In this document: positions 28,280-39,600 of the stretch, one piece after another | Layout of the letters: the number at the start of each line of letters is the position of its first letter | Position numbering within the stretch: position 1 is the stretch's first letter | Origin: an uncultured Bacteroidales bacterium | GTDB taxonomy: Bacteria; Bacteroidota; Bacteroidia; Bacteroidales; FEN-979 | DNA length: 64,000 nucleotides | Direction: 5' to 3' | Assembly: GCA_903945175.1 (NCBI GenBank) | Contig: CAJAUM010000100.1 | Span: 6,709-70,708 of the forward strand | The notes under the pieces: model-generated | Seen by the model: only the letters and a program-made list of their open reading frames with translations | Told to the model about the DNA's origin: nothing | The model's database searches: none | Program-made: the position numbers and the translations under genes

Positions 28280-28996
28280 TCAAGGGCAACATTTGGGTTT
28301 TTGAAATTCTTCTCTCTGTTGCTGCGAATTTTCCATTTTAGGACTGATATATGGAATTCCAAGGTTCATACCACGGAGAACGAACAACATGCCGATCAGC
28401 AGGATCAAAAACGGAAGGAACACCTGAACACGGCGTCGAAAGGCAATGCTGATCACATGGCCCATAAGCGAAAGGAGGAGCAATGCCGGAATGGTTCCCA
28501 GCCCGAAAATCATCATATAGACCGCCCCATCAACCGGGCTGGTTGAAACCAATGCACCGGCCAGGGCAATGTATACCAACCCGCATGGCAGCAAGCCATT
28601 CATCAATCCGATGATCCATATAGACATGTACGTGCGTAGACCAAAGAAGCGTCCAAAATATGATTTAAAGCCGGAAAAAAGACGATCGAAAATTCCGGTG
28701 ACCTTCGATCCGTGAAAAAGCACGGGAAATGCAATACTCAGGATCATGATCGTTCCTGCTCCTATGGAAACCCACTGCTGGAAACCCCATATGTGGATGC
28801 CGAATCCAAGGAGACCAAAGATCAGCCCAAGAAAAATATAGGTTATCACCCGACCCAGATTATAGAGTATCCCGCTGATGACCCTGGTCATCCATGAATT
28901 CTGCTTTAGGGGAAGCGATAATGCAATGGGGCCGCACATCCCCATACAGTGAAAACTACCCAGAAAACCAATAATCAACGGTTGTAAAAAATCCAT
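28280..28996 (-). CDS. DsbD_2 / TauE-SafE-like membrane protein of the cbb3 locus
   Basis: Polytopic membrane protein with GSFHCMGMCGPIAL near the N-terminus. The start was set to the ATG at 28996 (MDFLQPL), 1 nt after the fixH-like stop. Confidence 0.8.
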   Translation of the reverse strand: MDFLQPLIIGFLGSFHCMGMCGPIALSLPLKQNSWMTRVISGILYNLGRVITYIFLGLIFGLLGFGIHIWGFQQWVSIGAGTIMILSIAFPVLFHGSKVTGIFDRLFSGFKSYFGRFFGLRTYMSIWIIGLMNGLLPCGLVYIALAGALVSTSPVDGAVYMMIFGLGTIPALLLLSLMGHVISIAFRRRVQVFLPFLILLIGMLFVLRGMNLGIPYISPKMENSQQQREEFQKPKCCP

Positions 28997-28997
28997 C

Positions 28998-29441
28998 TCA
29001 GGGTATAAAAATATCTTGTTCTTTAAAATAATCCTTGCCCGCCGAGGTCCAGTCAACCATGACCACATAACGGCCCTGGGTGAGTGTATGCCTTGGGATG
29101 AGCTGGGTCAGGGATGTATCAATCCCCACAGGCAGAATCACATCGAGTTTTTCATCCGATGGCCGATAGATGGTAATTTTTCCTTTGATTTCCTTCCCCC
29201 TGAAATCAACAGGGAAATGTAATATCAGGTTCGTTTTATCAAGATTGATGTGCAATGGTTCAGACAAGCCGTTGGCATTGCGAATCTTAACCAGCTTTTC
29301 CTCATGGCGAAGTTCCTTTGGGTAATAATCCTCCTCAACAAGGCTCCATTTGTGGTTTTGCGTGTAGATGATGAATGCCACGCACGCTCCGATAAACAGG
29401 ACAATCACCATAAATATTCCGGTTCCCCAATTCCATTTCAT
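28998..29441 (-). CDS. FixH family protein (CcoH/FixH-like)
   Basis: 147 aa with an N-terminal TM followed by a beta-rich domain. It occupies the position after ccoG in the cbb3 accessory set. Confidence 0.75.
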   Translation of the reverse strand: MKWNWGTGIFMVIVLFIGACVAFIIYTQNHKWSLVEEDYYPKELRHEEKLVKIRNANGLSEPLHINLDKTNLILHFPVDFRGKEIKGKITIYRPSDEKLDVILPVGIDTSLTQLIPRHTLTQGRYVVMVDWTSAGKDYFKEQDIFIP

Positions 29442-29447
29442 ATCATA

Positions 29448-30854
29448 CTATTTTTCAGGGCCAACAAAAGTTGCCCGTGTCTGATCGAGTTTTTTCCCTT
29501 CTGAAAACACCCCAATTTCCAATTCAGTCTTGCTGCCGGTGAGTTTATTGCGATCTATCAGAATAAAAAACACAACCTCCCCCAGGGATTGTTTTTTAAT
29601 CACCGGGGTATTGCCAATGATCCTGACCTCTCCCTGCTTTGACAAAAGCCGGATCTCCAGCGGTATATCATGTTCTGTTTTATTCACCACTTTCGCGCTG
29701 TACAAATTGCTGATCTTTCCACCCTCCTGCTCCTGGAATAACATGCCAGGTGAACGAAGAACTGTTGCCTCAACCGGGTTACGCGAAATAAGAAGATAGG
29801 ATAGTGCTACCAGCAGTAGTGACAGAACAACGGTATAGCCAGCAGAACGTATGGTAAAGTGCCAGGGCCGTTTGTCGGTAATCATCTTTTCTGATGCATA
29901 GCGTATCAGTCCGGGTTTAAAACCAACTTTTCTCATCATGTCGTTGCAGGCGTCGATACAACAGGCACAATTGATGCACTCAAGCTGCGTTCCGTTGCGT
30001 ATATCAACTCCTGTGGGACATACGACCACACATTGATTGCAGTCAATGCAGTCCCCTTTTTCTGTCTCTTTCCGGTTTTCGCTTTTTCTGAGCAATCCAC
30101 GCTCCTCTCCACGGAAATAATCATAGCTGATGACGACTGTTTCACGGTCAAGCAAAACTCCCTGCAAACGGCCATAGGGGCACACAATGGTGCAAACCTG
30201 CTCCCTGAACCAGGAGAAGATGAAATAGAAAATAAATGAAAAAAGGGCCATCCCTGACAATCCGGCCACATGACCGGCCGGACTTTCTGTAACGAGTTGG
30301 AACCATGCAGGTGATCCGATGATGTACATCAGGAAATAGTTGCTGATGACGAATGATATCAGATAGAATATTCCGTGCTTCAACACCCTCCGGAAGATCT
30401 TATTCATATCCCAGGGCCGGGAATCGAGCTCCCTCTGATGGTGTGCATCTCCGTCAATCCAGTATTCTATTCTCCTGAAGATCACCTCCATGAAAACGGT
30501 TTGAGGGCAGGCCCATCCGCACCATATCCGGCCATAGGTTACGGTAAACAGGATAATGAATACCATCATGGCTATCATCCCGACAAAAAACAGGTTGAAA
30601 TCCTGGGGCCAGAACTGAACGCCAAAAATGACAAATGTCCTGTGAAAAAAATCAAACAGCAGGAGTTGTTGCCCGTTGACGATGATGAAGGGAGCGCTAA
30701 AAAAGAATATCAGCAGCAAAATGCCGGTGATATTCCTGGCAGTCGTCAGCGTCCCCTTTGGCTTTTTGGCAAATACCCAAAGTCGTTTGCCGCTTTCGTC
30801 GATCGTGTATAGTCTGTCGCGAAAGCGTTCGGAAGAATCATCCTGTTTTTGCAT
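29448..30854 (-). CDS. ccoG: Cytochrome c oxidase accessory protein CcoG (4Fe-4S, membrane)
   Basis: 468 aa with multiple TM helices, CIDCNQCVVVCP and CINCACCIDAC ferredoxin motifs, and a C-terminal Ig-like domain. Confidence 0.9.
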   Translation of the reverse strand: MQKQDDSSERFRDRLYTIDESGKRLWVFAKKPKGTLTTARNITGILLLIFFFSAPFIIVNGQQLLLFDFFHRTFVIFGVQFWPQDFNLFFVGMIAMMVFIILFTVTYGRIWCGWACPQTVFMEVIFRRIEYWIDGDAHHQRELDSRPWDMNKIFRRVLKHGIFYLISFVISNYFLMYIIGSPAWFQLVTESPAGHVAGLSGMALFSFIFYFIFSWFREQVCTIVCPYGRLQGVLLDRETVVISYDYFRGEERGLLRKSENRKETEKGDCIDCNQCVVVCPTGVDIRNGTQLECINCACCIDACNDMMRKVGFKPGLIRYASEKMITDKRPWHFTIRSAGYTVVLSLLLVALSYLLISRNPVEATVLRSPGMLFQEQEGGKISNLYSAKVVNKTEHDIPLEIRLLSKQGEVRIIGNTPVIKKQSLGEVVFFILIDRNKLTGSKTELEIGVFSEGKKLDQTRATFVGPEK

Positions 30855-30855
30855 A

Positions 30856-31443
30856 TTACTTGCACGGTTCGCCCTGTGGCGCTTTCGGATTTGGAGGGGT
30901 AGTTCCTTGCAGCGTCACAACGTAGCTGGATACCTGTTTGATCTGGGTTTCAGAAAGCTGTGTTTTCCAGGAGATCATTCCTTTTTCCGGGGCTCCGACG
31001 GTGGTAATATGAACCAAGTTGCCATATTTACAACCATAGATAGAAAAATTATCGGTAAGGTTTGGGCCGACAAGTCCCTGTCCTCCCTCCAGATGACAGA
31101 CTTTGCATTGCTTTAGCCAAATTTCCTTGCCAGCTTCAAGGCTTGGAGCATCAGACATGGCAATAAGTGTTGTATCGGCAACCAGTGAAGTCTGTCCGGA
31201 GGCATTCGTACCTGCCGCAGCCATCTCATTTTTCCATTCATCCTGCTGGTAGGGCGCTACTTTGATCACATCGAATACAAAGATGTAGATCACCGAAAAT
31301 ACAATGGTGAGGATAAACAACCACACCCACCATTTCGGCAAGCTGTTATCCAATTCACGGATATTATCACTTTCGTGTCCTGACAGCAGTTTATCACCAG
31401 TCAGTTCATCCTTTTCAACGGTTTTCTGATTATTTATTTTCAT
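30856..31443 (-). CDS. ccoP: cbb3 oxidase subunit III-like protein (FixP_N domain + single heme c)
   Basis: HESDNIRELDNSLPKWWVWLF (the FixP N-terminal motif), a TM helix and one CxxCH (CKVCH). Confidence 0.8.
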   Translation of the reverse strand: MKINNQKTVEKDELTGDKLLSGHESDNIRELDNSLPKWWVWLFILTIVFSVIYIFVFDVIKVAPYQQDEWKNEMAAAGTNASGQTSLVADTTLIAMSDAPSLEAGKEIWLKQCKVCHLEGGQGLVGPNLTDNFSIYGCKYGNLVHITTVGAPEKGMISWKTQLSETQIKQVSSYVVTLQGTTPPNPKAPQGEPCK

Positions 31444-31454
31444 AGAAAATATTT

Positions 31455-31646
31455 TTAAATATCTTGACTTTCATCTGATTCCTTTGAAAAATCGTCCAGG
31501 GGCATGCGGCTGTAATCCTCTACCTCCTTTTTTTTGAGCGAGAGCGTGTGGAGCGTCAGCAGGGCAAAGAAAACCACGAAAATGATCATGGAGACCAATC
31601 CATAGCCTTCAATGCCCCCGACCGATTTAAAAATGTCACGTAACAT
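31455..31646 (-). CDS. ccoQ: CcoQ/FixQ-like small membrane subunit
   Basis: 63 aa with a single TM. It lies between ccoNO and ccoP. Confidence 0.7.
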   Translation of the reverse strand: MLRDIFKSVGGIEGYGLVSMIIFVVFFALLTLHTLSLKKKEVEDYSRMPLDDFSKESDESQDI

Positions 31647-31654
31647 GGCTGAAA

Positions 31655-33814
31655 TTATTTACCAGTGATGGTTGCAGGCGACGAACCGGCAGCATGAACA
31701 TCCTTGCCCAGCCTCTGCAGATAGGCAATCATGGCGATAATCTCCTTGGTAGGTTCAACCTGGATGCCCTGACTCTTCAGGTCATCGGCAATGCCCCTTG
31801 CCTGTATCATGAGCTCGTCATTGGCAATTTTATCGTATCCCTGCGGATAGGGCACGCCGAGAAATTGCATGACGCGAATTTTCTTGGCTGTGGTGGATAA
31901 ATCGAGGTCATCCTTAATCAGCCAGCTGTAAACCGGCATGATCGACTGGGCATTTAACTGCTGTGGATTCAGCATATGGGTATAGTGCCATGAATTGGGC
32001 CGGTACTGGCGGCCGCCTACGACTCCCTCACGCGATAAGTCAGGACCATTGCGCTTTGAACCCCATTGAAAAGGATGGTCATACACATACTCACCAGCTT
32101 TGGCATATTCACCATAGCGTTCGGTTTCAGACCTGAACGGACGAACTTGCTGTGAATGGCAGGTATAGCAACCTTCGCGAACATAAATATCGCGGCCCTG
32201 CAATTCAAGCGGTGTATAAGGCTTTACACTTGCAATGGTGGGAATGTTGGTTTTAATCAGGTACAAAGGAACGATTTCAATCAGGCCTCCGATAAGCACG
32301 ACAACAAGGGCGATGATGGTGAACTGAACCGGCTTACGTTCCAGCCAGCGGTGAATGCCTTCGCCGGAGCCGCGCTTGCTTTCGGTACTGACAAGTGCAG
32401 GTGCTGAAGCGGCCTCTTCGGGCAGGAGTTTCCCGGCTTTGATGGTCAGGATCAGGTTATATACACCAATTACGACGCCGGTGATATACAATGCCCCTCC
32501 TACTGCACGTGCAGCGTACATGGGCTGGAGCTGTGTAACTGTTTCAAGGAAGTTCGGATATTTCAGGAAGCCATCGGCAGTGAATTCTTTCCACATGGAG
32601 GCCTGGGTAATGGCGCCCCAGTACAAAGGGACTGCGTAGAAAATGATACCGAGGGTGCCGATCCAGAAATGGAGATTGGCCATTTTCCTTGAAAAGAGTT
32701 GTGTCTGAAAAATCCTGGGAATCAAGTAATAAAGTACTGCAAAGGTTAAGAAGCCATTCCATCCGAGGGCGCCGATGTGCGCATGTCCCACGGTCCAGTC
32801 GGTAAAATGCGAGATGGCATTCACTGTTTTGGTCGACATCAGCGGACCTTCGAAGGTTGACATTCCATAAGCTGTGACAGCAACAACCATGAATTTTAAT
32901 ACTGGGTCCTCACGAACACGATCCCAGGCGCCGCGGAGGGTAAGAAGTCCATTGACCATACCACCCCAGGATGGAGCGATAAGCATGACAGAAAACACGA
33001 CACCCAATGATTGGGCCCAGTCAGGTAAGGCGCTATAGAGCAGATGGTGCGGACCGGCCCAGATATAGAGGAAGATCAATGCCCAGAAATGGACGATGGA
33101 GAGCTTATAGGAATAAATGGGGCGATTGGCAGCCTTCGGCAGGAAGTAATACATCAGCCCGAGAAACGGAGTTGTCAGGAAAAACGCCACCGCATTGTGG
33201 CCATACCACCATTGAACCAATGCATCCTGTACTCCGGCATAAATGGGATAACTTTTAAAAAGTCCGACGGGGATGGCCAGACTGTTGGTAACATGCAACA
33301 CCGCAATGGTGATGAAGGTGGCAATGTAAAACCAGATTGCGACATAGATATGCGCTGTTCGCCGCTTAATGATCGTTCCGATCATATTCCAGCCAAAAAC
33401 TATCCAGATAACGGCCACAAGAATATCGACCGGCCATTCCAGCTCTGCATATTCCTTACCGGTGGTGATACCAAAGATAAAGGTAAGCGCAGCCAAAACG
33501 ATGATCAATTGCCAGCCCCAGAAGTTAATCTTGCTGAGCATGTCATTGAACATCCGTGCCTTACAAAGTCGTTGCAGGGAATAGTAGATCCCGGTAAACA
33601 TCCCATTTCCGACAAATGCAAAGATAACCGCATTCGTATGGATTGGACGGATCCTGCCAAAGGTGGTATATGGGATACCAAATGAAAGCGAGGGCCAGAT
33701 GAATTGTAATGCCAGTAAAAGTCCGACAACCATGCCAACCACACCCCAAAAGAGCGTAGCGTAAGCAAAGTTTTTTACAATTTTGTTGTCATAGTAAAAT
33801 GTCTGATTTTCCAT
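31655..33814 (-). CDS. ccoNO: cbb3-type cytochrome c oxidase, fused subunits I and II (CcoN-CcoO)
   Basis: 719 aa. It has a 12-TM heme-copper core with conserved His (HFWALIF, GHAHIGALGW, HFWIGT), then a C-terminal TM plus CYTCHSQQVRPF (the CcoO heme c site). Confidence 0.93.
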   Translation of the reverse strand: MENQTFYYDNKIVKNFAYATLFWGVVGMVVGLLLALQFIWPSLSFGIPYTTFGRIRPIHTNAVIFAFVGNGMFTGIYYSLQRLCKARMFNDMLSKINFWGWQLIIVLAALTFIFGITTGKEYAELEWPVDILVAVIWIVFGWNMIGTIIKRRTAHIYVAIWFYIATFITIAVLHVTNSLAIPVGLFKSYPIYAGVQDALVQWWYGHNAVAFFLTTPFLGLMYYFLPKAANRPIYSYKLSIVHFWALIFLYIWAGPHHLLYSALPDWAQSLGVVFSVMLIAPSWGGMVNGLLTLRGAWDRVREDPVLKFMVVAVTAYGMSTFEGPLMSTKTVNAISHFTDWTVGHAHIGALGWNGFLTFAVLYYLIPRIFQTQLFSRKMANLHFWIGTLGIIFYAVPLYWGAITQASMWKEFTADGFLKYPNFLETVTQLQPMYAARAVGGALYITGVVIGVYNLILTIKAGKLLPEEAASAPALVSTESKRGSGEGIHRWLERKPVQFTIIALVVVLIGGLIEIVPLYLIKTNIPTIASVKPYTPLELQGRDIYVREGCYTCHSQQVRPFRSETERYGEYAKAGEYVYDHPFQWGSKRNGPDLSREGVVGGRQYRPNSWHYTHMLNPQQLNAQSIMPVYSWLIKDDLDLSTTAKKIRVMQFLGVPYPQGYDKIANDELMIQARGIADDLKSQGIQVEPTKEIIAMIAYLQRLGKDVHAAGSSPATITGK

Positions 33815-33817
33815 ATG

Positions 33818-34027
33818 CTATTGGTTTGGTGAATGTTCTTCCAACGGTTTGGTGGTTGTGGACTGGGTATTTGTCGCTTCAACGGGCTTGTCATCATCAA
33901 AAAGAATCCGGACTGAAGCGCTGTAGGTATCATCATATTGACCATTGCGTACGGACCAGAAAAAGGCTGCCAGAAAACCTCCGGCAAGCACCACACTGAA
34001 AGCTACAAGGACAAGGATTACACTCAT
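33818..34027 (-). CDS. ccoS: cbb3 oxidase maturation protein CcoS
   Basis: 69 aa from MSVILVLVAFSVVLAGGFLAAFFWSVRNGQYDD, the typical CcoS/FixS motif. The listed 125-aa ORF is an upstream over-extension. Confidence 0.8.
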   Translation of the reverse strand: MSVILVLVAFSVVLAGGFLAAFFWSVRNGQYDDTYSASVRILFDDDKPVEATNTQSTTTKPLEEHSPNQ

Positions 34028-34130
34028 ATTATTCCACCTGGTAGCAAAATAAAGATTAAAGTATCTAATTTCCAAAATACCACCAATGAAATATAGACTT
34101 TTATAGATATTTATATTTGGTCTAAATTCA

Positions 34131-36560
34131 CTATTTAACTTCAAATTTACTATAACCAGCTGATAGAAATATAGATACCGTAACAAAAGCGACAATTGTT
34201 ACGGAGCTCAGGGGCATCAGGATGGCGGAGACAACCGGCGATAAATTGCCGCTGATGGCGAAGCTTAATCCGACAACATTGTATAAAAACGAGAGGATCA
34301 TGCTGATGAAAACAATGCGCATGCTGGTGCGGCTGAATTTGAGAAAATCGGGAAGGTGACGGAATTGTCCCGACTCCAATATGGCATCACAGGCGGGAGA
34401 GAAATGATAGATGTCGTCTGCAATGGAAATCCCGCAATCGCTTTCACGCAAGGCGCCGGCATCGTTCAGGCCATCGCCGATCATCAGCACCCTCCTGCCT
34501 GAATTCTTCAGATCGCGAACGTAATCGAGCTTTTCCCGGGGTGATTTATTAAAGTGCAGATGTTCTTTGGATGGGAAAAAAGCGAGTAGGTTATCCCGTT
34601 CTGCATCATTATCCCCTGAAAGCAGGTGCAACTCATATCGTTGCGAAAGTTCTGCAAGAACCTCCTTCATCCCTTCGCGGTATTGATTGCTTATCCCCAC
34701 AAACCCAACCAGCGCTTCATCGATGGAGATTAAAACCCGGCCACCTGTGGCTACAGGGGCAACCGAACCCGCTACAAATTTCTCCGAACCGATTCTCAGG
34801 AAGTGGCCCTGAACAAATCCTTCAATACCCTGGGCAGGAACTTCGCGAAAACCAGTCACCGTGCGTGCATTAAAACCTTGTAACTGCCTGTATATAGCCA
34901 CACTGGAAGGATGCGTGGAGTGGCGGACCAACGAGGAAATGCAATGCAGTTGCTCCTGAGAAGCTGAAAGTGAACTAAAATCGGTTCCCAACCCATCATT
35001 TCGTGTAATGGTTCCTGTTTTATCAAACACGATGGTATCAATTTTCGAAAGCGCTTCAACGACCCCGGTTCGCTTGAGATAAAAGTTGTTCCTGCCAAAA
35101 ACACGCATGGCGCCACCCAGAGAAAACGGGTAGGTCATGGCAAGCGCACAGGGACAAGCCACGATCAGTATAGAAGTAATCACAAGAAATGCCATGGAGG
35201 GATTGTAGTACCACCAAAAAATACCTGAAACCGTAGAAAGTATAAGAATCACCAAGGTAAAATATCGGCTGATGACATCCAGAACAGAATCCCATCTGGT
35301 TTGCTTTTCTCCGCCCGAGATATCCTGATTCCACAATTCGGTGAGGCGGCTTTGAGCGACTTCATGTTCCACGATGAGTTCGATGGAGGCGCCCACCTGG
35401 CGCCCGCCGGCAAAGATACGATCTCCCTCCTTTTTCGGCACAAGCGCCGACTCCCCTGTAATGAAGCTGTAATCTACAGAGCCGTCTCCCCTGACAAGCA
35501 AGGCATCGGCCGGCACGAGTTCCTGATTCCTTACCAGGATGCGCATGCCGGTTTTCAGATTTTTGATCGGGATGATCGACTCAGTTCCTGCATCAGAAAC
35601 GATGGTGACCGCCACAGGAAAGTAGGAACGATAATCCCGCTCAAAGGAGAGCGCCTGGTAGGTTTTATCCTGGTACCAGCGCCCGATGGATAGAAAAAAA
35701 ACGAGGCCGGCCAGTGAATCCATGAATCCAGGGCCCGTTCCGGATATGATCTCGTAGGCGCTCCTGAAAAAAAGGACAAGTATCCCTACAGCAATGGGTA
35801 CATCAATACTGATGAATTTCTTTTTCAATCCTTTATAGGCAGAAACAATAAAAACTGACCCGGAGTAAAAGGCCACAGGAATACCAAACAGGATATTCAA
35901 CAAGCCGAAATTATGCCGTAACAAATTTTCCACCGCATCATTCACACTGAGATAGGCCGGGAAACTAAATAGCATGATGTTCCCGAAGCAAAATCCGGCG
36001 ACACCCAAACGATAATAGATTCCCCTGTTGATTTTGCGCTGCGCTCCTTTCTGAAGCGTGTCAAGGGTCAGCTGCGGAATATAGTTCACAGAGACCAACA
36101 ATTCAACCAATTGACGAAGGGAAATCGGGATATCATGAAATGTAATAACGACCTCTTTTTTAACAAAATTCACCGTTGAATGCATGACCCCGGCATGCAG
36201 ACGTTGCAGATTCTCCAACAGCCAGATGCAAGAGCTGCAATGAATGGCAGGGATGAACAATTTGACTTTGCTCACGCCATCTTCTGAAAATTCAAGCAAT
36301 TCGCGGCGGATCTCTTCGTTGTCAAGGTAGGCATAGCGACTGCCTACTTCACTGTTGCCACCCTTCAGGCCCGGGTGTGATTCAAACCCATAGTATTCAC
36401 AAGCATTGCTCTGACTTAGAATCTCATATACCGTTTTGCACCCGTTGCAGCAAAATCGTTTTTCGTTCAGGGTGATGGGCACTGTACCGCAATCCTCCCC
36501 ACAATGGTAACATGCATTTATTTTTATTTCCGCGTTACGGTTATCTGAATGGTCATTCAT
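34131..36560 (-). CDS. ccoI: Heavy-metal (Cu) translocating P-type ATPase CcoI/FixI
   Basis: N-terminal Cys-rich region (CYHCGEDC), CPC (VACPCAL), DKTGTIT, GDGLNDA and HP (STHPSS). The start was set to the ATG at 36560 (MNDHSD). Confidence 0.92.
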   Translation of the reverse strand: MNDHSDNRNAEIKINACYHCGEDCGTVPITLNEKRFCCNGCKTVYEILSQSNACEYYGFESHPGLKGGNSEVGSRYAYLDNEEIRRELLEFSEDGVSKVKLFIPAIHCSSCIWLLENLQRLHAGVMHSTVNFVKKEVVITFHDIPISLRQLVELLVSVNYIPQLTLDTLQKGAQRKINRGIYYRLGVAGFCFGNIMLFSFPAYLSVNDAVENLLRHNFGLLNILFGIPVAFYSGSVFIVSAYKGLKKKFISIDVPIAVGILVLFFRSAYEIISGTGPGFMDSLAGLVFFLSIGRWYQDKTYQALSFERDYRSYFPVAVTIVSDAGTESIIPIKNLKTGMRILVRNQELVPADALLVRGDGSVDYSFITGESALVPKKEGDRIFAGGRQVGASIELIVEHEVAQSRLTELWNQDISGGEKQTRWDSVLDVISRYFTLVILILSTVSGIFWWYYNPSMAFLVITSILIVACPCALAMTYPFSLGGAMRVFGRNNFYLKRTGVVEALSKIDTIVFDKTGTITRNDGLGTDFSSLSASQEQLHCISSLVRHSTHPSSVAIYRQLQGFNARTVTGFREVPAQGIEGFVQGHFLRIGSEKFVAGSVAPVATGGRVLISIDEALVGFVGISNQYREGMKEVLAELSQRYELHLLSGDNDAERDNLLAFFPSKEHLHFNKSPREKLDYVRDLKNSGRRVLMIGDGLNDAGALRESDCGISIADDIYHFSPACDAILESGQFRHLPDFLKFSRTSMRIVFISMILSFLYNVVGLSFAISGNLSPVVSAILMPLSSVTIVAFVTVSIFLSAGYSKFEVK

Positions 36561-36589
36561 AGTTAAGGCAAATGCCAATAAAACGTCGG

Positions 36590-36597
36590 CAAAATTA
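36590..36597 (-). promoter_or_regulatory. Candidate -7 promoter box (TAnnTTTG)
   Basis: Minus-strand TAATTTTG, 30 nt upstream of the ccoI ATG. It is divergent from the box at 36651. Confidence 0.45.
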
Positions 36598-36650
36598 AAC
36601 AAAAGCAGATTGCTTTATTGGTTATTTAACCTGAACTGAAGTTTTATAAT

Positions 36651-36658
36651 TATCTTTG
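36651..36658 (+). promoter_or_regulatory. Candidate -7 promoter box (TAnnTTTG)
   Basis: TATCTTTG, 27 nt upstream of the ATG at 36685. Confidence 0.45.
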
Positions 36659-36684
36659 CAATCTTCAAAACACAAATAAAAAAA

Positions 36685-39600
36685 ATGAAAAAAACACTAC
36701 TCCTGATTGCCGGGTTATTGCTTCTTGTTATGGCTGGCAGAACGCAGAATACGACCAGTCAATCTGGCAATGATACTGCAACCTTTCCCTATTGGATCCA
36801 GATGATGCAGGACCAGGATGCCAATTTTTTCCAGACCCAGCGCGCCTTCAACATCTATTGGAAAGACAGGAAAATCACCAAAGGTTCCGGCTGGAAGGTA
36901 TTCAAAAGGTGGGAATACATGATGCAGAACAGGGTAAATGCTGATGGCAGCCGGATTGCTCCGGATGCAACATTCAATGCCTACAGCGCGTTTGAAAATA
37001 AAACCCGTTCGACCAGCGGTTCCTGGGTCAATCTGGGTCCTTCTCAAATACCTGCACCCGGACCGGCCGGTTACTTGGGACTGGGCAGGCTCAATGTTGT
37101 GGCATTTCATCCCACCGACCCGAATAAAATATATGTTGGCGCCCCTTCGGGCGGATTCTGGCAATCGTCAGATGCCGGAAACACCTGGGCTACCTCAACA
37201 GATACCATGCCCACGCTGGGAGTTTCAGCAATTATCGTTGATTTTGCCAATCCTGACAATATTCTGATTGGTACCGGCGACCGCGATGCGGGCGATGCCC
37301 CCGGATTGGGGATATTTAAAAGCACCAACGGAGGTGCTTCATGGGCTCCTTCATCCACAGGTATGGGAAATAAAATTGTCGGCAGGATGATACAAAACCC
37401 TGCCAATGCACAGATTATTCTTGCAGCGACAAGCGGAGGCATATACCGTTCCTCAGATGGCGGCGCAAACTGGGCCATGACCCAGACCGGGAATTTCAAA
37501 GATATCCATTTCAAACCCGGGGATCCGAATTTAGTTTATGCAGCTGCCGGCGCTTCCTTTTACCGCTCAACAAACAATGGAACCTCCTTCGTTAAAATAA
37601 CAGCCGGACTTTCAACAGGACAGCGGGGCGTAATTGCTGTAACAGCCGCCAATCCTAACTTTGTTTACTTCATGCAGTCCAATGGAAGCAGTGAATTTCA
37701 AGGTTTATACCGGTCAACAGATGCAGGGCTGACCTTTACCACGCGGTCTACCACTCCAAATATTATGGACTGGTCGTGTGATGGAAGCGGCTCAGGCGGA
37801 CAAGGCTGGTACGACCTTGCCCTGGCTGCTGATCCGATCAATGCCGAAATAATCTATGCCGGCGGTGTAAATGTTTGGAAATCAACCAACGGAGGCACAT
37901 CCTGGGCCATAAACTCCCACTGGTGGGGTGATTGCAGCGTTCCTTCAGTTCATGCCGATTGCCATTTCCTTGGATTTTCACCTGTAAATGGTAAACTCTA
38001 TGCCGGCAACGATGGCGGATGCTGGGTTACAAGCAATGGGGGCGTTACCTGGACTGACAGAACAGTAGGCATGACCATCGGACAAATTTATAAGCTTGGC
38101 CAGTCGCAGACCATTAAAAATAAAGTCATCAATGGATTCCAGGATAACGGCACCTATGCCTACATGCCCACAAACTGGATTGCCGTGGGTGGTGGCGACG
38201 GTATGGAGTGTGCCATCGATTATACCAACGCAGCCTACACCTACCACACCATATACTATGGCGACATCTACCGGAAAATCAACAATGGCAGTGAGAAACA
38301 TATTGCAGGGATCGGGATTTATGGGATCAATGAAAGTGGTGGCTGGGTCACCCCATTTTGCCTGAGCAAGGCCGATCATAAAGGAATGTTCGTCGGCTAC
38401 AAAAACATCTGGAGATCAGCCAATGTAACAACCTCCACCCTCTCCTGGGTGAAAATCTCCAACAATCTGGCCGGAAGCAACGGCTCCGATATGGCTGTTA
38501 TTGAACATTCAGCGGCAAATACCAATTTATTTTATGCCGGGCGATCGGACAATAAATTTTTTCGCACAGATAATTGCATGGATGCCAACCCATTATGGCT
38601 TGACCTCACCTCCTTTCTTCCAGCATCCGCAACCCCAAAAGACATTGAATCGCATCCAACCGATGAAAATATCGTGTACATCACCCTTGGAAATGGCGTT
38701 TACAAATCAACGGATAAAGGATACACCTGGACCAATATTACCGGCAACCTGCCTAATATTTCGATGAATGCCATCGCCTATTATAAAAATGCCAATGAAG
38801 GCCTTTATGTTGGAACTGATGCCGGCGTATACTACAAGGATCAGTCAACCACTGACTGGATCGCATTCAGCGAGGGTTTGCCTGCAAATGGTCGTATAAC
38901 TGAACTGGATATCTACTATGACAACGATTCGGTTTCACAGGATGCCATCAGGGCAAGTTCTTACGGCCGCGGACTTTGGGGTTCAGATATGTACCACGCT
39001 TCACTGACTGCAGACTTCACAGCCGATCAAACGCTTATCCCCATTGGTTGCGCAATTGATTTTACAGATTTATCTTCAGGGGTGCCGACCGATTTTCAAT
39101 GGTCATTTGAGGGTGGCTCCCCTTCCACTTCAATCCTGAAGAACCCATTGGATATTATGTACAATACTCCTGGAACCTACCAGGTAAAACTTAAGGTTTG
39201 GAATGAGTACGGAGCTGACTCTGTTACAAAGGTTAGTTATATCACCGTAAGCAATACATTGACACCGGTTGTTAGCTTTACGGCCGATCAATTTGTTATC
39301 TGCGGCAATGACATTGTTCATTTCACCGATCAATCGACCGGCTGTCCATCCGCGTGGATGTGGTTATTCACACCCGCAACCGTAACATTCCTCGAAGGCA
39401 CCTCCGGTTCAAGTCAGAATCCTGTGGTTCAGTTTGACGGATCGGGTCCATATGATGTACAGCTGATTGGTACGAATGGCGTAGGATCTGAAGCGCTCAC
39501 CAAGACTGGTTATATAGTTAAAGACGGGTATGCGCTGCCATTCATGGATTCATTCGGAGCAGGAATTGACACAAAACATTGGCAAATCCTCAATCCTGAT

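Noticed and set aside
33044-33685. 213-aa plus-strand ORF.
   Set aside because: It is antisense to ccoNO, a heme-copper oxidase core with conserved His ligands. It is a shadow ORF.
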